This document shows, piece after piece, positions 1 through 31,195 of a stretch of DNA of 54,502 bases. Made by a program: the position numbers and the translations under genes. The stretch is from Macrostomum lignano (Eukaryota), in NCBI GenBank assembly GCA_002269645.1, contig NIVC01002084.1:1-54502 (forward strand). Direction: 5' to 3'. How positions within the stretch are numbered: the stretch's first letter is position 1; each line of letters starts with the position of its first letter. The notes beneath the pieces are model-generated. The model did no database searches. It was not told the DNA's origin and was given only the letters and a program-made list of their open reading frames with translations.

Positions 1-178
1 GTCCATCAATCAATCAATCAATCAAATCAATCAATCAATCAGTCCATCAATCAATCAATCAATCAGTCCATCAATCAATCAATTCAGTCCATCAATCAAT
101 CAATCAGTCTATTCAATCAATCAATCAATCAATTCAGTCATCAATCAATCAATCAGTCCATCAATCAATCAATCAGTC

Positions 179-210
<32 letters not shown>

Positions 211-297
211 GTCCATCAACAATCAATCAATCAGTCCATCAATCAATCAATCAGTCCATCAATCAATCAATCAGTCCATCAATCAATCAATCAGTCC

Positions 298-341
<44 letters not shown>

Positions 342-416
342 GTCCATCAATAAATCAATCAGTCCATCAATAAATCAATCAGTCCATCAATAAATCAATC
401 AGTCCATCAATCAATC

Positions 417-452
<36 letters not shown>

Positions 453-456
453 GTCC

Positions 457-504
<48 letters not shown>

Positions 505-600
505 GTCAATTAATCGATCATATATTCAACCAATCATCAATCAATCAATCGATCAATCAATCTATAGTCAATCATTCATCAGTCAATTCAATCAATCATC
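1..600. repeat. (ATCA)n microsatellite with interspersed GTCC
   Basis: Directly visible. Confidence 0.95.
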
Positions 601-1957
601 AATTATCTATCCAAGAAGCACTTAAACAAAAAATCAGTCAGTCAATCAACAATTAATCATGAAATCAAGCTATCCACCACAAGATCTACAAATTAAAATA
701 TCAACGACGAATAAATCAACTCATCAATCAAGTACTTCGTAAATTCGGGTTCGGTCTTGTTGTCTTATATTCTAGTGTGTCTTAAATTCTGTCTAAATTC
801 TGGCAGCCAGCCAATTAACTAACACAACCCGCAACCAACCATTGTACTTCTAAAATCAGTTAAGCTAAAAAAATTCTTAGTAGCAATCGATAATTTTCCA
901 GCTTCTATGGATACATGCCGACATTTTCTATAGCTGGGCTGCACTGACTCTATATGCAGGACACGGGGAGGTTGGAGTTGGAAAACTACAATAGAACTGC
1001 ACAGCTAATTTTGCAGACTAAAATTTCGTACATGTGGTTAATCTTGGCGGCTATACAGTAGCAAAATCTCTTGCTCCACCTACCAGCAGATGCCATGGTA
1101 ACACAGCTGAGGACTTGGCAACTACAACTCTTCACTCATTTTTAGCAGGTGAGCTCAGTTAGGTACTGCATTGGGCGTTGGACAGCGCTACTTTAAGCTT
1201 TGCACAGCGGGATATTGCCCAGTTTGAGGCGATTCTCAAACCCAACTTATCACCACCAAATCATTCCCGGGGAACTTTTGAATTTTAACTGTTTAAATAG
1301 TTCGTGCATGTGTGTGTCCTTTTGGCCGTGAATATTTTTCAGAATTATGTCTCAGAATTGTAACCTGTAGCTATAAAAGTGTCTTAATGTACTTTAATTA
1401 CGTGTTCAGAATGTACTTTTGTTTTACTTAGATGAGATTAATAAATTTAATATACGTAATATAATCTATTAATAATAGGATTGAATGTAGAATAACTAGC
1501 TAATTATATTGGCTGTTTCATTATACTAAATCTGTATTAAAAAAAATTAATAATTATATTAAATCTATTTAGACATGTAAAATCGATAATTGAATGTTAA
1601 TTTTATTAACCTATTTGATTTTATTAGCGACAAAGAGTTAATTTACTATCATTGTGACTATTAATGAAGTTTTTAAATAAATAAATTAATAAAATAATAT
1701 GATTATAAAATTGAAATAAATTCATACGCTTACTGTATGGTTGATACTAACGCTTATTGTACTTTGAATTTAGTTTTAGTTTTTTAATTTTAATCTAACT
1801 GTTATTATTTGGAAACGATAACTTTCAAATCAGAATTCATTAAATAAGAACCGTTTGCTTCCTATAAAAGTACGATTTATAGCTAATTGCTATTCCCTAA
1901 GAAAGATGTACTTTAAAAAGATCAATTTTTACCTAGAAAACGGTGTGCAGTACTCAC

Positions 1958-20362
<18,405 letters not shown>

Positions 20363-21220
20363 TTTGCTGCTATCTCGGGCCCTCTGATTTGCGGCTAAAT
20401 CTATTAATTTAAGCTCGGTTTTAAACTTGACTAGTTGTCATGGTTCATTGCTCTCTGAAAGTTTCGAATACAAACCATTAAGCCTTTAATAATGTTTTGT
20501 TGATTAAAATACAGCGATAATTATAAATGTAAAATAAAAAAACGACAGGACCTGTTGAACTTGATATACGTAAGTTAATAAAGTTTGAAGGAATAATTTT
20601 AATTAGGTTAACTAAAAACAGTGCTGCCCATAATATTTTTTGTTAAATTGGAGTCCGCTTTTGCAATCCATATACTAAAAATGGTCTGTCGGTATGTGTG
20701 TGTGTGTATGTGTGTGTGTGTGATCGATTTTAGCAAAAACGGCTCAACCGATTTTCTTCGAACTTGCACTGTTCGATCAGAAATTTTCCCGTGACAGTAC
20801 ATGCATCGTGGCTAAGAAATTGCTTGATGCTAAAGGGATTAAATATTCGAAAAACATGCTTTTTTGCAAAGGTCAAGCAGCTCTTTCGACTTGAAATGCA
20901 TCGTAAGAATGCTAGCAGAAAAACTGACTGGTTGAATTCTGATTCTGAAATAGATTGCATCACAATACACTTTATTTATCGTCTGTGTACTGGCTGAATT
21001 TGACACTCAATTGAATTGCGTCACAGCTTTGAGTGTGAAAGCATAGCGCAGTACTGAATTTATATTACGTAACCATATTGTAAACTTTCATAGACACTGG
21101 TACTGACTTGCCTAAGAAATTGATTATGTCATAACTGCTTCGTGAGACTTTTTACTCTACCTGACTTGGTGTGAGTGTTGAATTATATAAGTGGTACAAC
21201 ATCACTGATAACTTCGATGA

Positions 21221-21280
21221 GAGCTAGCCTAGAGCTGAACAGACCAGACTGCTAATGCAGCGACCTAGGTTCGAATCTAA
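21221..21280 (+). mobile_element. tRNA-derived SINE head inside the Helitron
   Basis: A-box-like TAGCCTAGAGCTG and B-box GGTTCGAATC. Confidence 0.4.
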
Positions 21281-21342
21281 GTAGTTTAAAAGTAGTAGTG
21301 TAAATTTTTTTATTAAAAGGTTTTATTAAAGGACTAAATAAA

Positions 21343-24300
21343 AACACTTAGATTACTGCACTCGATAAGCCAAGGATTATTGCTATTAATAAACCAAGGA
21401 CTACTGCACTCGATAAACCAAGGACTATTGCTCTTGGCAAACCAAGGATTACTGCACTCAAGAAGCCAAGGATTATTGCTATTAATAAACCAAGGATTAC
21501 TGCACTTGGAAAACCAAGGATTACTGCACTCGATAAACCAAGGACTATTGCTCTTGGCAAACCAAGGATTACTGCACTCAAGAAGCCAAAGATTATTGCA
21601 CTTGGAAAACCAAGGATTACTGCACTCGATAAACCAAGGACTATTGCACTTGATAAACCAAGGAATATTGCACTTGATAGGCCAAGGATTACTGCACTTG
21701 ATTAACCAAGGATTATTGCACTTGATAGGCCAAAGATTACTGCGCTTGATAAACCAAGGATTATTGCACTTGATAAACCAAGGATTATTGCACTTGATAA
21801 GCCAAGGATTACTGCGCTTGATAAACCAAGGATTATTGCACTTGATAAACAAAGGATTATTGCACTTGATAAACAAAGGATTATTGCACTTGATAAACAA
21901 AGGATTATTGCACTTGATAAGCCAAGGATTATTGCACTTGATAAGCCATGGATTATTGCACTTGATAGTAAAGAATGTTGCACTCGATAAGCCAAGGATT
22001 AATGCACTGGATTATTCAAGGATTATTGATATTAATAAACCAAGGACTACTCCACTCGATAAACCAAGGATTATTGCTCTTAATAAACCAAGGATTACTG
22101 CACTTGGAAAACTAAGGATTACTGCACTCGATAAACCAAAGACTATTGCACTTGATAAACCAAGGATTATTGCACTTGATAGGCCAAGGATTACTGCACT
22201 TGATAAACCAAGGATTATTGCACTTGATAGGCCAAAAATTACTGCGCTTGATAAACCAAGAATTATTGCACTTGATAAACCAAGGATTATTGTACTTGAT
22301 AAGCCAAGGATTATTGCACTTGATAAACCAATGATTATTGCAGTTGATAAGCCAAGGATTATTGCATCTGATAAACCAAAGATTATTGCACTTGATAAAC
22401 CAAGGATTATTGCACTTGATAAACAAAGGATTATTGCACTTGATAGGCCAAAGATTACTGCGCTTGATAAACCAAGGATTATTGCACTTGATAAACCAAG
22501 GATTATTGCACTTGATAAGCCAAGGATTATTGCACTTGATAAACCAAGGATTATTGCAGTTGATAAGCCAAGGATTATTGCATCTGATAAACCAAGGATT
22601 ATTGCACTTGATAAACCAAGGATTATTGCACTTGATAGGCCAAGGATTACTGCACTTGATAAACCAAGGATTATTGCACTTGATAGGCCAAAGATTACTG
22701 CGCTTGATAAACCAAGGATTATTGCACTTGATAAACCAAGGATTATTGCACTTGATAAGCCAAGGATTACTGCGCTTGATAAACCAAGGATTATTGCACT
22801 TGATAAACAAAGGATTATTGCACTTGATAAACAAAGGATTATTGCACTTGATAAACAAAGGATTATTGCACTTGATAAACCAAGGATTATTGCACTTGAT
22901 AAGCCAAGGATTATTGCACTTGATAGGCCAAGGATTACTGCGCTTGATAAACCAAGGATTATTGCACTTGATAAACCAAGGATTATTGCAGTTGATAAGC
23001 CAAGGATTATTGCACTTGATAAACCAAGGATTATTACACTTGATAAACCAAGGATTATTGCACTTGATAAACCAAGGATTATTGCACTTGATAGGCCAAG
23101 GATTACTGCACTTGATAAACCAAGGATTATTGCACTTGATAGGCCAAAGATTACTGCGCTTGATAAACCAAGGATTATTGCACTTGATAAACCAAGGATT
23201 ATTGCACTTGATAAGCCAAGGATTACTGCGCTTGATAAACCAAGGATTATTGCACTTGATAAACAAAGGATTATTGCACTTGATAAACAAAGGATTATTG
23301 CACTTGATAAACAAAGGATTATTGCACTTGATAAACCAAGGATTATTGCACTTGATAAGCCAAGGATTATTGCACTTGATAAGCCATGGATTATTGCACT
23401 TGATAGTAAAGAATGTTGCACTTGATAAGCCAAGGATTAATGCACTGGATTATTCAAGGATTATTGATATTAATAAACCAAGGACTACTCCACTCGATAA
23501 ACCAAGGATTATTGCTCTTAATAAACCAAGGATTACTGCACTTGGAAAACTAAGGATTACTGCACTCGATAAACCAAAGACTATTGCACTTGATAAACCA
23601 AGGATTATTGCACTTGATAGGCCAAGGATTACTGCACTTGATAAACCAAGGATTATTGCACTTGATAGGCCAAAAATTACTGCGCTTGATAAACCAAGGA
23701 TTATTGCACTTGATAAACCAAGGATTATTGCACTTGATAAGCCAAGGATTATTGCACTTGATAAACCAATGATTATTGTACTTGATAAGCCAAGGATTAT
23801 TGCACTTGATAAACCAATGATTATTGCAGTTGATAAGCCAAGGATTATTGCATCTGATAAACCAAAGATTATTGCACTTGATAAACCAAGGATTATTGCA
23901 CTTGATAAACAAAGGATTATTGCACTTGATAGGCCAAAGATTACTGCGCTTGATAAACCAAGGATTATTGCACTTGATAAACCAAGGATTATTGCACTTG
24001 ATAAGCCAAGGATTATTGCACTTGATAAACCAAGGATTATTGCAGTTGATAAGCCAAGGATTATTGCATCTGATAAACCAAGGATTATTGCACTTGATAA
24101 ACCAAGGATTATTGCACTTGATAAACCAAGGATTATTGCTCTTGGCAAACCAAGGATTACTGCACTCGATAAGCCAAGGATTATTGCTCTTAATAAACCA
24201 AGGATTACTGCACTTGGAAAACTAAGGATTACTGCACTCGATAAACTAAGGATTATTGCTCTTGGCAAACCAAGGATTATTGCACTTGATAGGCCAAGGA

Positions 24301-25110
24301 TTACTGCACTTGATAAACCAAGGATTATTGCACTTGATAAACCAAGGATTATTGCACTTGATAAGCCAAGGATTATTGCACTTGATAGGCCAAGGATTAC
24401 TGCGCTTGATAAACCAAGGATTATTGCACTTGATAAACCAAGGATTATTGCAGTTGATAAGCCAAGGATTATTGCACTTGATAAACCAAGGATTATTACA
24501 CTTGATAAACCAAGGATTATTGCACTTGATAAACCAAGGATTATTGCACTTGATAGGCCAAGGATTACTGCACTTGATAAACCAAGGATTATTGCACTTG
24601 ATAGGCCAAAGATTACTGCGCTTGATAAACCAAGGATTATTGCAGTTGATAAGCCAAGGATTATTGCACTTGATAAACCAAGGATTATTTCACTTGATAA
24701 ACCAAGGATTATTGCACTTGATAAACAAATATTGCACTTGATAAACCAAGGATTATTGCACCTGATAAGCCAAGGATTACTGCGCTAGATAAACCAAGGA
24801 TTATTGCACTTAATAAACCAAGGATTATTGCACTTAATAAACCAAGGATTATTGCACTTGATAAACCAAGGATTATTGCACTTGATAAACAAAGGATTAT
24901 TGCACTTGATAAACCAAGGATTATTGCACTTTATAAGCCAAAGATTATTGCACTTGATTAATCAAGGATTATTGCTATTAATAAACCAAGGATTATTGCA
25001 CTAGCTGAGAAGCTGATTACTGCGCTGTCTAAAAAAGAGATTATTGCGCTCGCTGAGACGTGGATTGTTGCACAACCTGAGAAAGCGATTATTGCATTAG
25101 CGGAAGTAAC
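21343..25110. repeat. 24-bp satellite (ATTATTGCACTTGATAAACCAAGG)n with a higher-order duplication of about 1438 bp
   Basis: About 150 units. The junction CTTGATAGTAAAGAATGTTGC recurs at 21961 and 23399. Confidence 0.96.
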
Positions 25111-25139
25111 ATTTGCACTAGCTACTTGCTGTCTCGTGG

Positions 25140-25640
25140 ATGCTTGCTCTCGAGGGGGGATACTTGCTATTTGGGAGAGGGGGTACTGGCTACATGCATG
25201 GGATTCTTTCTATCCAGGGATGCTTGCTATTCAGGGATTCTTGCTATCTGCAGGATGCTTGCTATTTAGGGATTCTTGCTATCTGCAGGATGCTTGCTAT
25301 TTAGGGATTCTTGCTATCTGCAGGATGCTTGCTATTCAGGGATTCTTGCTATCTGCAGGATGCTTGCTATTTAGGGATTCTTGCTATCTGCAGGATGCTT
25401 GCTATCTGGGTGGATGCTTCTATAATATCTGGGGGGTGCTTGCTATCTGCAGAATGCTTCTATAATATCTGGGGGTGCTTGCTATCTGCAGAATGCTTGC
25501 TATCTGGGTGGATGCTTCTATAATATCTGGGGGGTGCTTGCTAATCTGCAGATGCTTGCTTTCAGTGGTGATTCTTGCTATGAGCATTAGAGGATGCTTG
25601 CTATCTGCGATTGTTCACTTTTGGAGGGGGTTGCTTGCTG
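25140..25640. repeat. 17-19-bp tandem repeat (GGATGCTTGCTATCTGCA-like)
   Basis: Directly visible, inside the Helitron. Confidence 0.85.
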
Positions 25641-26746
25641 TCTTGGGAATATTTTCTATTTAGGGAAACGATATTTTGTTGACTGTTTGTTAATTTTAGA
25701 GAAAAAGTGATTTTTTAATTTTGCAAACATCTTAGTCCGTGACAATTTTACACGAATAAGGTGATTTTTAAAATGTGAAGAAGGAATTAGTGTTTAAGAA
25801 AATGTGTTTTTTTATTGTTTTCCATGAACTATTTTTGCTCCTTTCTTATTGGGCGCCCCGAAGGGGGGCCGCACTAGATTGCTAGTTCACTTTGCTAATA
25901 TGATAATATTATGAGTGTAGTAGATACTTAATTATTGTGATAAAATGCGCCAATGGAAATTTCTGTTTTATTTATGACTAACTTGAAAAATTTGGTAAGA
26001 TATATTTTACAAAATAGATTAGTTTTAAATCTTATACAATTTCGCCAGCATAAATCAAGTTGTAAACCTGATATTTGATTGTTTCGAAGGATTATATAAA
26101 TACTTATGATACTCGTATTTAAATTTTGAAATGAAAACGATAAAAACAAGTTGCTGCTTTGCTTGGATGAATACAGTGCAATATTTTATTCTATAAAACA
26201 TAAAAATGGCAGATTGCCAACAAAACGAATCACATTAAATACACAAATAATACGTACTACCGGCAAAACCACTAAATTCTGGTTAACACTAAGCCTTGAA
26301 TTTTTTAAGAAACAGGCTTGAAACCATGTGCAGGCTTTTAGACAGGTTCTTTTTTATAAGAAATAAAAGTATGCCTAGATACTTAAGTTTTAAATGGAAT
26401 GCCGAAAAGAATTAAGCAGCGATTGTTAAATTTGCGCGAAACCAGCTCAAACACTAGTAGGGTTAAAAGTAGCAAATTTAAAAGTTCTGAAACTGCACGA
26501 CTTGTATATTGAATCAAAACACATTTAGAAATATAATTAAAATCTACTCTTTTACAGACATGTCTAAAATATTTTAATTATTTTGTTAAACTACGATAAG
26601 TGTCATCGACACAAATAATTAAATTTAAGAAATATCCAAGAAATCTGCTTTAAGTCTTTACTTCGAATTTTACCTTTGAGAGTTCACTGAAAAAATCTCA
26701 AAAGCTGTTATAGGTTGCAGCCAAAACAAAGCTCACAACAAGCAGA

Positions 26747-29700
26747 ATGATAAAGTCATGCTTTAATATAGTGCTTGTTTTGAACATCGTACTAATTGTT
26801 CATTTTGCCAGTGCCGATATTTACCTGCATAATCCAAGGTAAGGCACAAGACAAATTCTAATGAAAGCATCAAGTTTACTTGTTTAATAAATATCTTAAA
26901 TTCTAAGATTTTTTTAAAATACAATAAATGAAACCAGAAAATATCATTATTTAAGTTAAATACATTTACATAGTATGCATACAAATTAAAAATTCAATAT
27001 TTCATACTTTTTATTGAAAAGTATTAGTTTAATCACCTAAACATCCACATTCAGGGCAGCAACAATCGTTTGGATGAGGCCGGCCGAGCGCGCAATACGG
27101 CAACGAGGTTGTTTGACTCGCAGAACAACAACCGAGGCGGTTACAATGTTGGCAGCCTTTACTACTATACAGGTGCTGAATTAATGAATTTATTGCAGAG
27201 GGAGAGAGAGAGAGAGAGGAGAAATAGAGAGGTTTAACAAAAAACTTAGATATTAACTTCTTTTTGTGCAACTTCGTGCTCCAAAAATTTTAAGGACAGC
27301 CAGAACTTTCTTACGACTCGTAGAATCGTTTTTAGGGACGTGATTTCATTTTCTTAGTCCTCACTTTTGTCAAAACGTTAAGCGTTTGCTGTCTCAATAC
27401 CTTATTGTCATGCAGGCTCCATCCTTCCCATCGAGTGGACCAATCAGCACTCATGCGGCGACATCAACAGCCACTGCGAAATTGTGCTGCAATACGCCTG
27501 CGGCGACGATATTCGAGACGGCACCACAACGAATCGAATCCCGGCCGACAGAAGCCGGTGCCTCGACAACAACTGCCAGACCGATCCAACCTACGGCCTT
27601 CAAGAGTCGTACGAGCACTACTTGATGTGCACACGGAGGCAGCGAAACGGCGGCTTGTACACCGCGGACCAGAGGCTTCGCGGCGACACCGCCAGGTTCA
27701 CCCGTCAGAACCCCGGCGGGACTCAGTACGGCTACGAGTGCCCCGAGGAGCGGGACTATTATCCCTACTGGCACCACAGCCCCTGGCGGGACATCGCCAT
27801 CCTGACCAACGATCCCACCAGATGCAGTTTCTACAAAACCGAGAGCGCCAACGTCAAGGATCGATTCGAATGTCGCTTGCCAGTAGAACAGCTGGAATCG
27901 AACCGAGGACTAACACTGCCTAGCAACGAGTCCGAATGCATGAAACTTCCCGGCGCCAAGTGGACCCGACAACCGGCTTGGGGCATCGACTCGCCAGTTT
28001 GTCGAACAGCGGAAACCACCAGAGACAATCACCTTGGCAACACGGCCCAGGGCAAGGCTGTGATGTTCAACTGGACAGTGCCAGACCATCTGGCTGGTGA
28101 GAAATGCGTGCTTCGAGTTCGGTACAATATTTCTACCGGAGACTACGATCGTTGGTCAACATTCGCTGAGCACAACAACGGGGGTCCTGTCGAGTTTTAT
28201 AAAAAGTTCGGCTTCGCTAGCAAGGCTGCTGCCGATGCCAGAGGATTCAAGCTGGTTAATAATCCCCAGGTGCAGCTGTTTGGCGACTCCAGCAAGTTCA
28301 AATTGCAGTTGAATATTAATACAGCACAGTTTGGCAGGGTGTTTCAGGTGAGTAAGGAGTCAATTACCTTGGCATTTGGTAGATTCTGCTAGACACTCCC
28401 TACAACTCTCCTTATCTACCTCTCACCCCTCTCTCTCGTTATCTCCATGTAATCCACTTTGCCTGTGCGCCTCGTCTATTCCCCCAGTGTTAAATGAGCG
28501 GTGATAATCAGTAGCGTAACTCTGCTACCATAGACAAACCAACGAGATGGATAGACATGGCTAGTGGAGATAACTCATTATCTCCGGCGGAGATAAGGCG
28601 TTATATTCGGGTCGCACATGCCGTGGATTACATACAAAGAATCGCCTGATACTATCAGGCGATTCTTGTTTATCTCACCCTCAGAGATCGTTATCTCCAT
28701 CTCAACCCCCTCTCTCTCTCTCATTATCTCCCTTTCACCCCTCAGAGATCGTTATCTCCCTCTCATCCCCTCTCTCACTGTCTCTCTCCCTCTCTCTCAC
28801 CCCTTTCTCTCATTGTCTCCCTCTCACCCCTCTCTCATTATCTCCCTCTCAACTACTCTCTCATTCTCACTCTCACCCCTTTCTCTCATTGTCTCCCTCT
28901 CACCCCTCTCTCACTATCTCCCTCTCACCCCTCTCTCACTATCTCCCTCTCACCCCTCTCTCATTATCTCCCTCTCACCCTCCTCTCTTATTATCTCCCT
29001 CTCAACTACTCTTTCATTCTCACTCTCACCCCTTTATCCCATTGTCTCCCTCTCACTTACTCTTTGTATCCCTCTAAACCCTATCGCGAAATCTCCATCT
29101 CCATCTCTCTCTTTTTCTCTGTCCCTTTCTCGCTCTTTCTCCCACCCCATCAGACCTCTCTAACCCAGCCGTTTTTAAACACCACACGCCGCCGCCATCC
29201 CGCAGGACCGATCCCACGTCTTCCACGTGCGAGCCCGGCCCTCCTCGATCCCGTCAAGCGCCGAGATTCTCAACCTGAACGTGCGCGGCAAACGCGGCAA
29301 TATTGTGCAAGTCTATCCAGCCGTCGAGTACGACTTTGTCCCCCACCTGACCCACGCCAAGCCTGGCAGCTATGTGCATCCTCAGTGGACCGGATCCAAC
29401 ACCAACCCAGCGAATAACGATGGCCAAGGTCTCGCGGGTACAGACAGATCCAACATGCTGCCGCTGCATGATCTAGCCGCCAATATTCCGGACACAAACT
29501 ATTCTCAAGGTCGCAATTGGACTCTGAACAATGGAATTGGAGATTGGCCATTGAGCGATTTGACTAACCTGGCTCTGCTTAGTCCTCAGCCTCAGCTGGG
29601 CGGTTCTATGCAACTTCTAAACGATGCCGGGACCTACTTCGATCTGGGAGCCCGTCGCGTGACCAATGCCGGCAGCTGGTCGTTTGTCTGCACTAGGAAT

Positions 29701-31195
29701 AATAATTTCAGCAACCGCAGTCACAAAGGTCGATTGGTGTGCTCCAGTGATCGGTCGGATACGCACGTGGTTGATGGACAGGCTTACACGTTCAAGGTTT
29801 GCGTTTGCTGTTTAGGGGATTTGGGATGTTAGAGAGATGTTAGACAGATTTATGTCAGATGTTACACAAATTTGTGTCAGATGTTAGACAGATTTGTGTC
29901 AGATGCTGTAACAGATTTGTGTCAGATGTTAGACAGATTTGTGTCAGATGTTAGACATATTTGTGTCAGATGTTAGACAGATTTGTGTCAGATGTTAGAC
30001 ATATTTGTGTCAGATGTTAGACAGATTTGTGTCAGATGTTAGACATATTTGTGTCAGATGTTAGACATATTTGTGTCAGATGCTAGACAGATTTGTGTCA
30101 GATGTTGGACACATTTGTGTATGATGTTAGACAATTTTGTGTCAGATATTAGACAGATTTGTGTCAGATGTTGGACAAGATTTGTGTCATGTCAGACAAG
30201 ATTGTGTAACATCTGACGCAACATTAACATCCGAACAAGACTGTCGGATAGCTAGAGTCCCAAGCACAAAGAGTCACATATCCATACCTGTTCAGCATAT
30301 GACAGCTTAATCAACCCCCCCACCCCACATTCGATCAGGTGACAGACGGCACGAAGACCTTGGCCGAGGTGACGGTTCCGGCTGGAGCCTTCAGCTCCCT
30401 ACGCTACCTGCAGCTTCGTGTGACGCCACACAGCGCCAAGGCGGCGAAGACGGACTCCGACAGCGTGTACGGCGACACCTGGTTCACCGACCTGCTGCGC
30501 ATTGACGTCGACGGACAGGCGGGCGAAGCTTTCGCGACACCTCTTCTAGTTTCCATGGTAACCAACGATGGAGCCGATCCGACCGAGGGGCACGATGTGC
30601 AGGTGAGAAGCTGTGGATAACCGATTTTATGAAATTATATGTGGTTTTGGAGCCAACTTTACACTGGGGCTCGTGGCTTAGTGGTTACAAGGCGTCGTTC
30701 TTTAACGCTAGAAGTCCCGGGTTCGATTCCTGGGTATGACCAAAATTGCGTGATATATTAGATACCTTCGTTCTCTTTCTTAGAAAGACACGAGTTCGAA
30801 TCCCGACATCATCAAAAAATGCCTCGTATAAAATAAAAAGTTTATACGAGCCTACTTTAGAAAATATATAAAGGCTTTGTTAAACATATAATTACACCTC
30901 ATGCTCAAAGGTCTACCGCATGGAGACTGAATTCTCAAGCGCAGTCAGCCATCACGGCCCGCTGAAGTCGGCCGAAGCCACTCGCGTAGAATTTCGAGTC
31001 GACCGTCCGGGAGTCTACGCGGCTCGCGGCTTCGCCAACGCGCCGTTCGGATTCGTGGGTCTGATTGTCGGCCTGCTGGTGGCGGCGCTTCTGATCTCAC
31101 TAATCGTGGCGGGCATCATTGTGCACCGGAGAAATCCGGAGTTCTTTGCCGAGAAGCTGCGATTTGTGCAGCGATCTACGCAGAGCAAAGTCTAG
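26747..31195 (+). CDS. DD3-3-like protein with signal peptide and C-terminal transmembrane helix (about 760 aa). Exons: 26747-26838, 27055-27172, 27416-28347, 29206-29796, 30339-30602, 30911-31195
   Basis: Signal peptide MIKSCFNIVLVLNIVLIVHFASA is followed by motifs recognised as DD3-3 family: DIYLHNPRGSNNRL, RLFDSQNNNRGGYNVG, IEWTNQHSCG, YGYECPEERDYYPYWHHSPWRDIA, TRDNHLGN, CVLRVRYNIST, FGRVFQDRSH, HVQ-like YVHPQWTGSNTNP and CTRNNNFSNRSHKG. The hydrophobic stretch FVGLIVGLLVAALLISLIVAGIIV precedes the stop. One base is missing at the start of exon 2. Confidence 0.88.
28680..29155. repeat. CT-rich low-complexity repeat in DD3-3 intron 3
   Basis: CTCTCACCCCTCTCTCATTATCTCC-like units. Confidence 0.85.
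29835..30195. repeat. 22-bp minisatellite (GTGTCAGATGTTAGACAGATTT)n in DD3-3 intron 4
   Basis: Directly visible. Confidence 0.92.
30666..30820 (+). mobile_element. tRNA-derived SINE or tRNA pseudogene in DD3-3 intron 5
   Basis: A-box TGGCTTAGTGG (30674) and B-box GGTTCGATTCC (30720) are clear, and a second B-box-like GAGTTCGAATCCC lies near 30802. The acceptor stem does not pair, so it is not a functional tRNA. Confidence 0.55.

Larger units (their letters stand above)
20667..25885 (+). mobile_element. Non-autonomous Helitron (about 5.2 kb) carrying internal tandem arrays
   Basis: 5' end: A|TCCATATACTAAAAATGG, then a (TG)n tract, then AAACGGCTCAACCGATTT, which resembles typical Helitron 5' ends. 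3' end: GC hairpin GGCGCCCC-GAA-GGGGGGCC, then 11 nt, then CTAG|T. The element sits between A and T with no TSD. No Rep/helicase ORF is present. Pairing the two ends into one element is inferred. Confidence 0.7.

Noticed and set aside
600-1957. Next flippase exon (expected EGLRTL motif)
   Set aside because: Not found on the minus strand. The gene continues beyond the window.
21380-24788. 681- and 816-aa ORFs taken as intact genes
   Set aside because: They start at near-cognate codons inside the array and switch between repeat frames at junction indels. The possible coding origin is kept as a finding, but there is no intact gene.
30666-30742. Functional tRNA gene
   Set aside because: A and B boxes are present, but the acceptor stem and anticodon arm do not fold.
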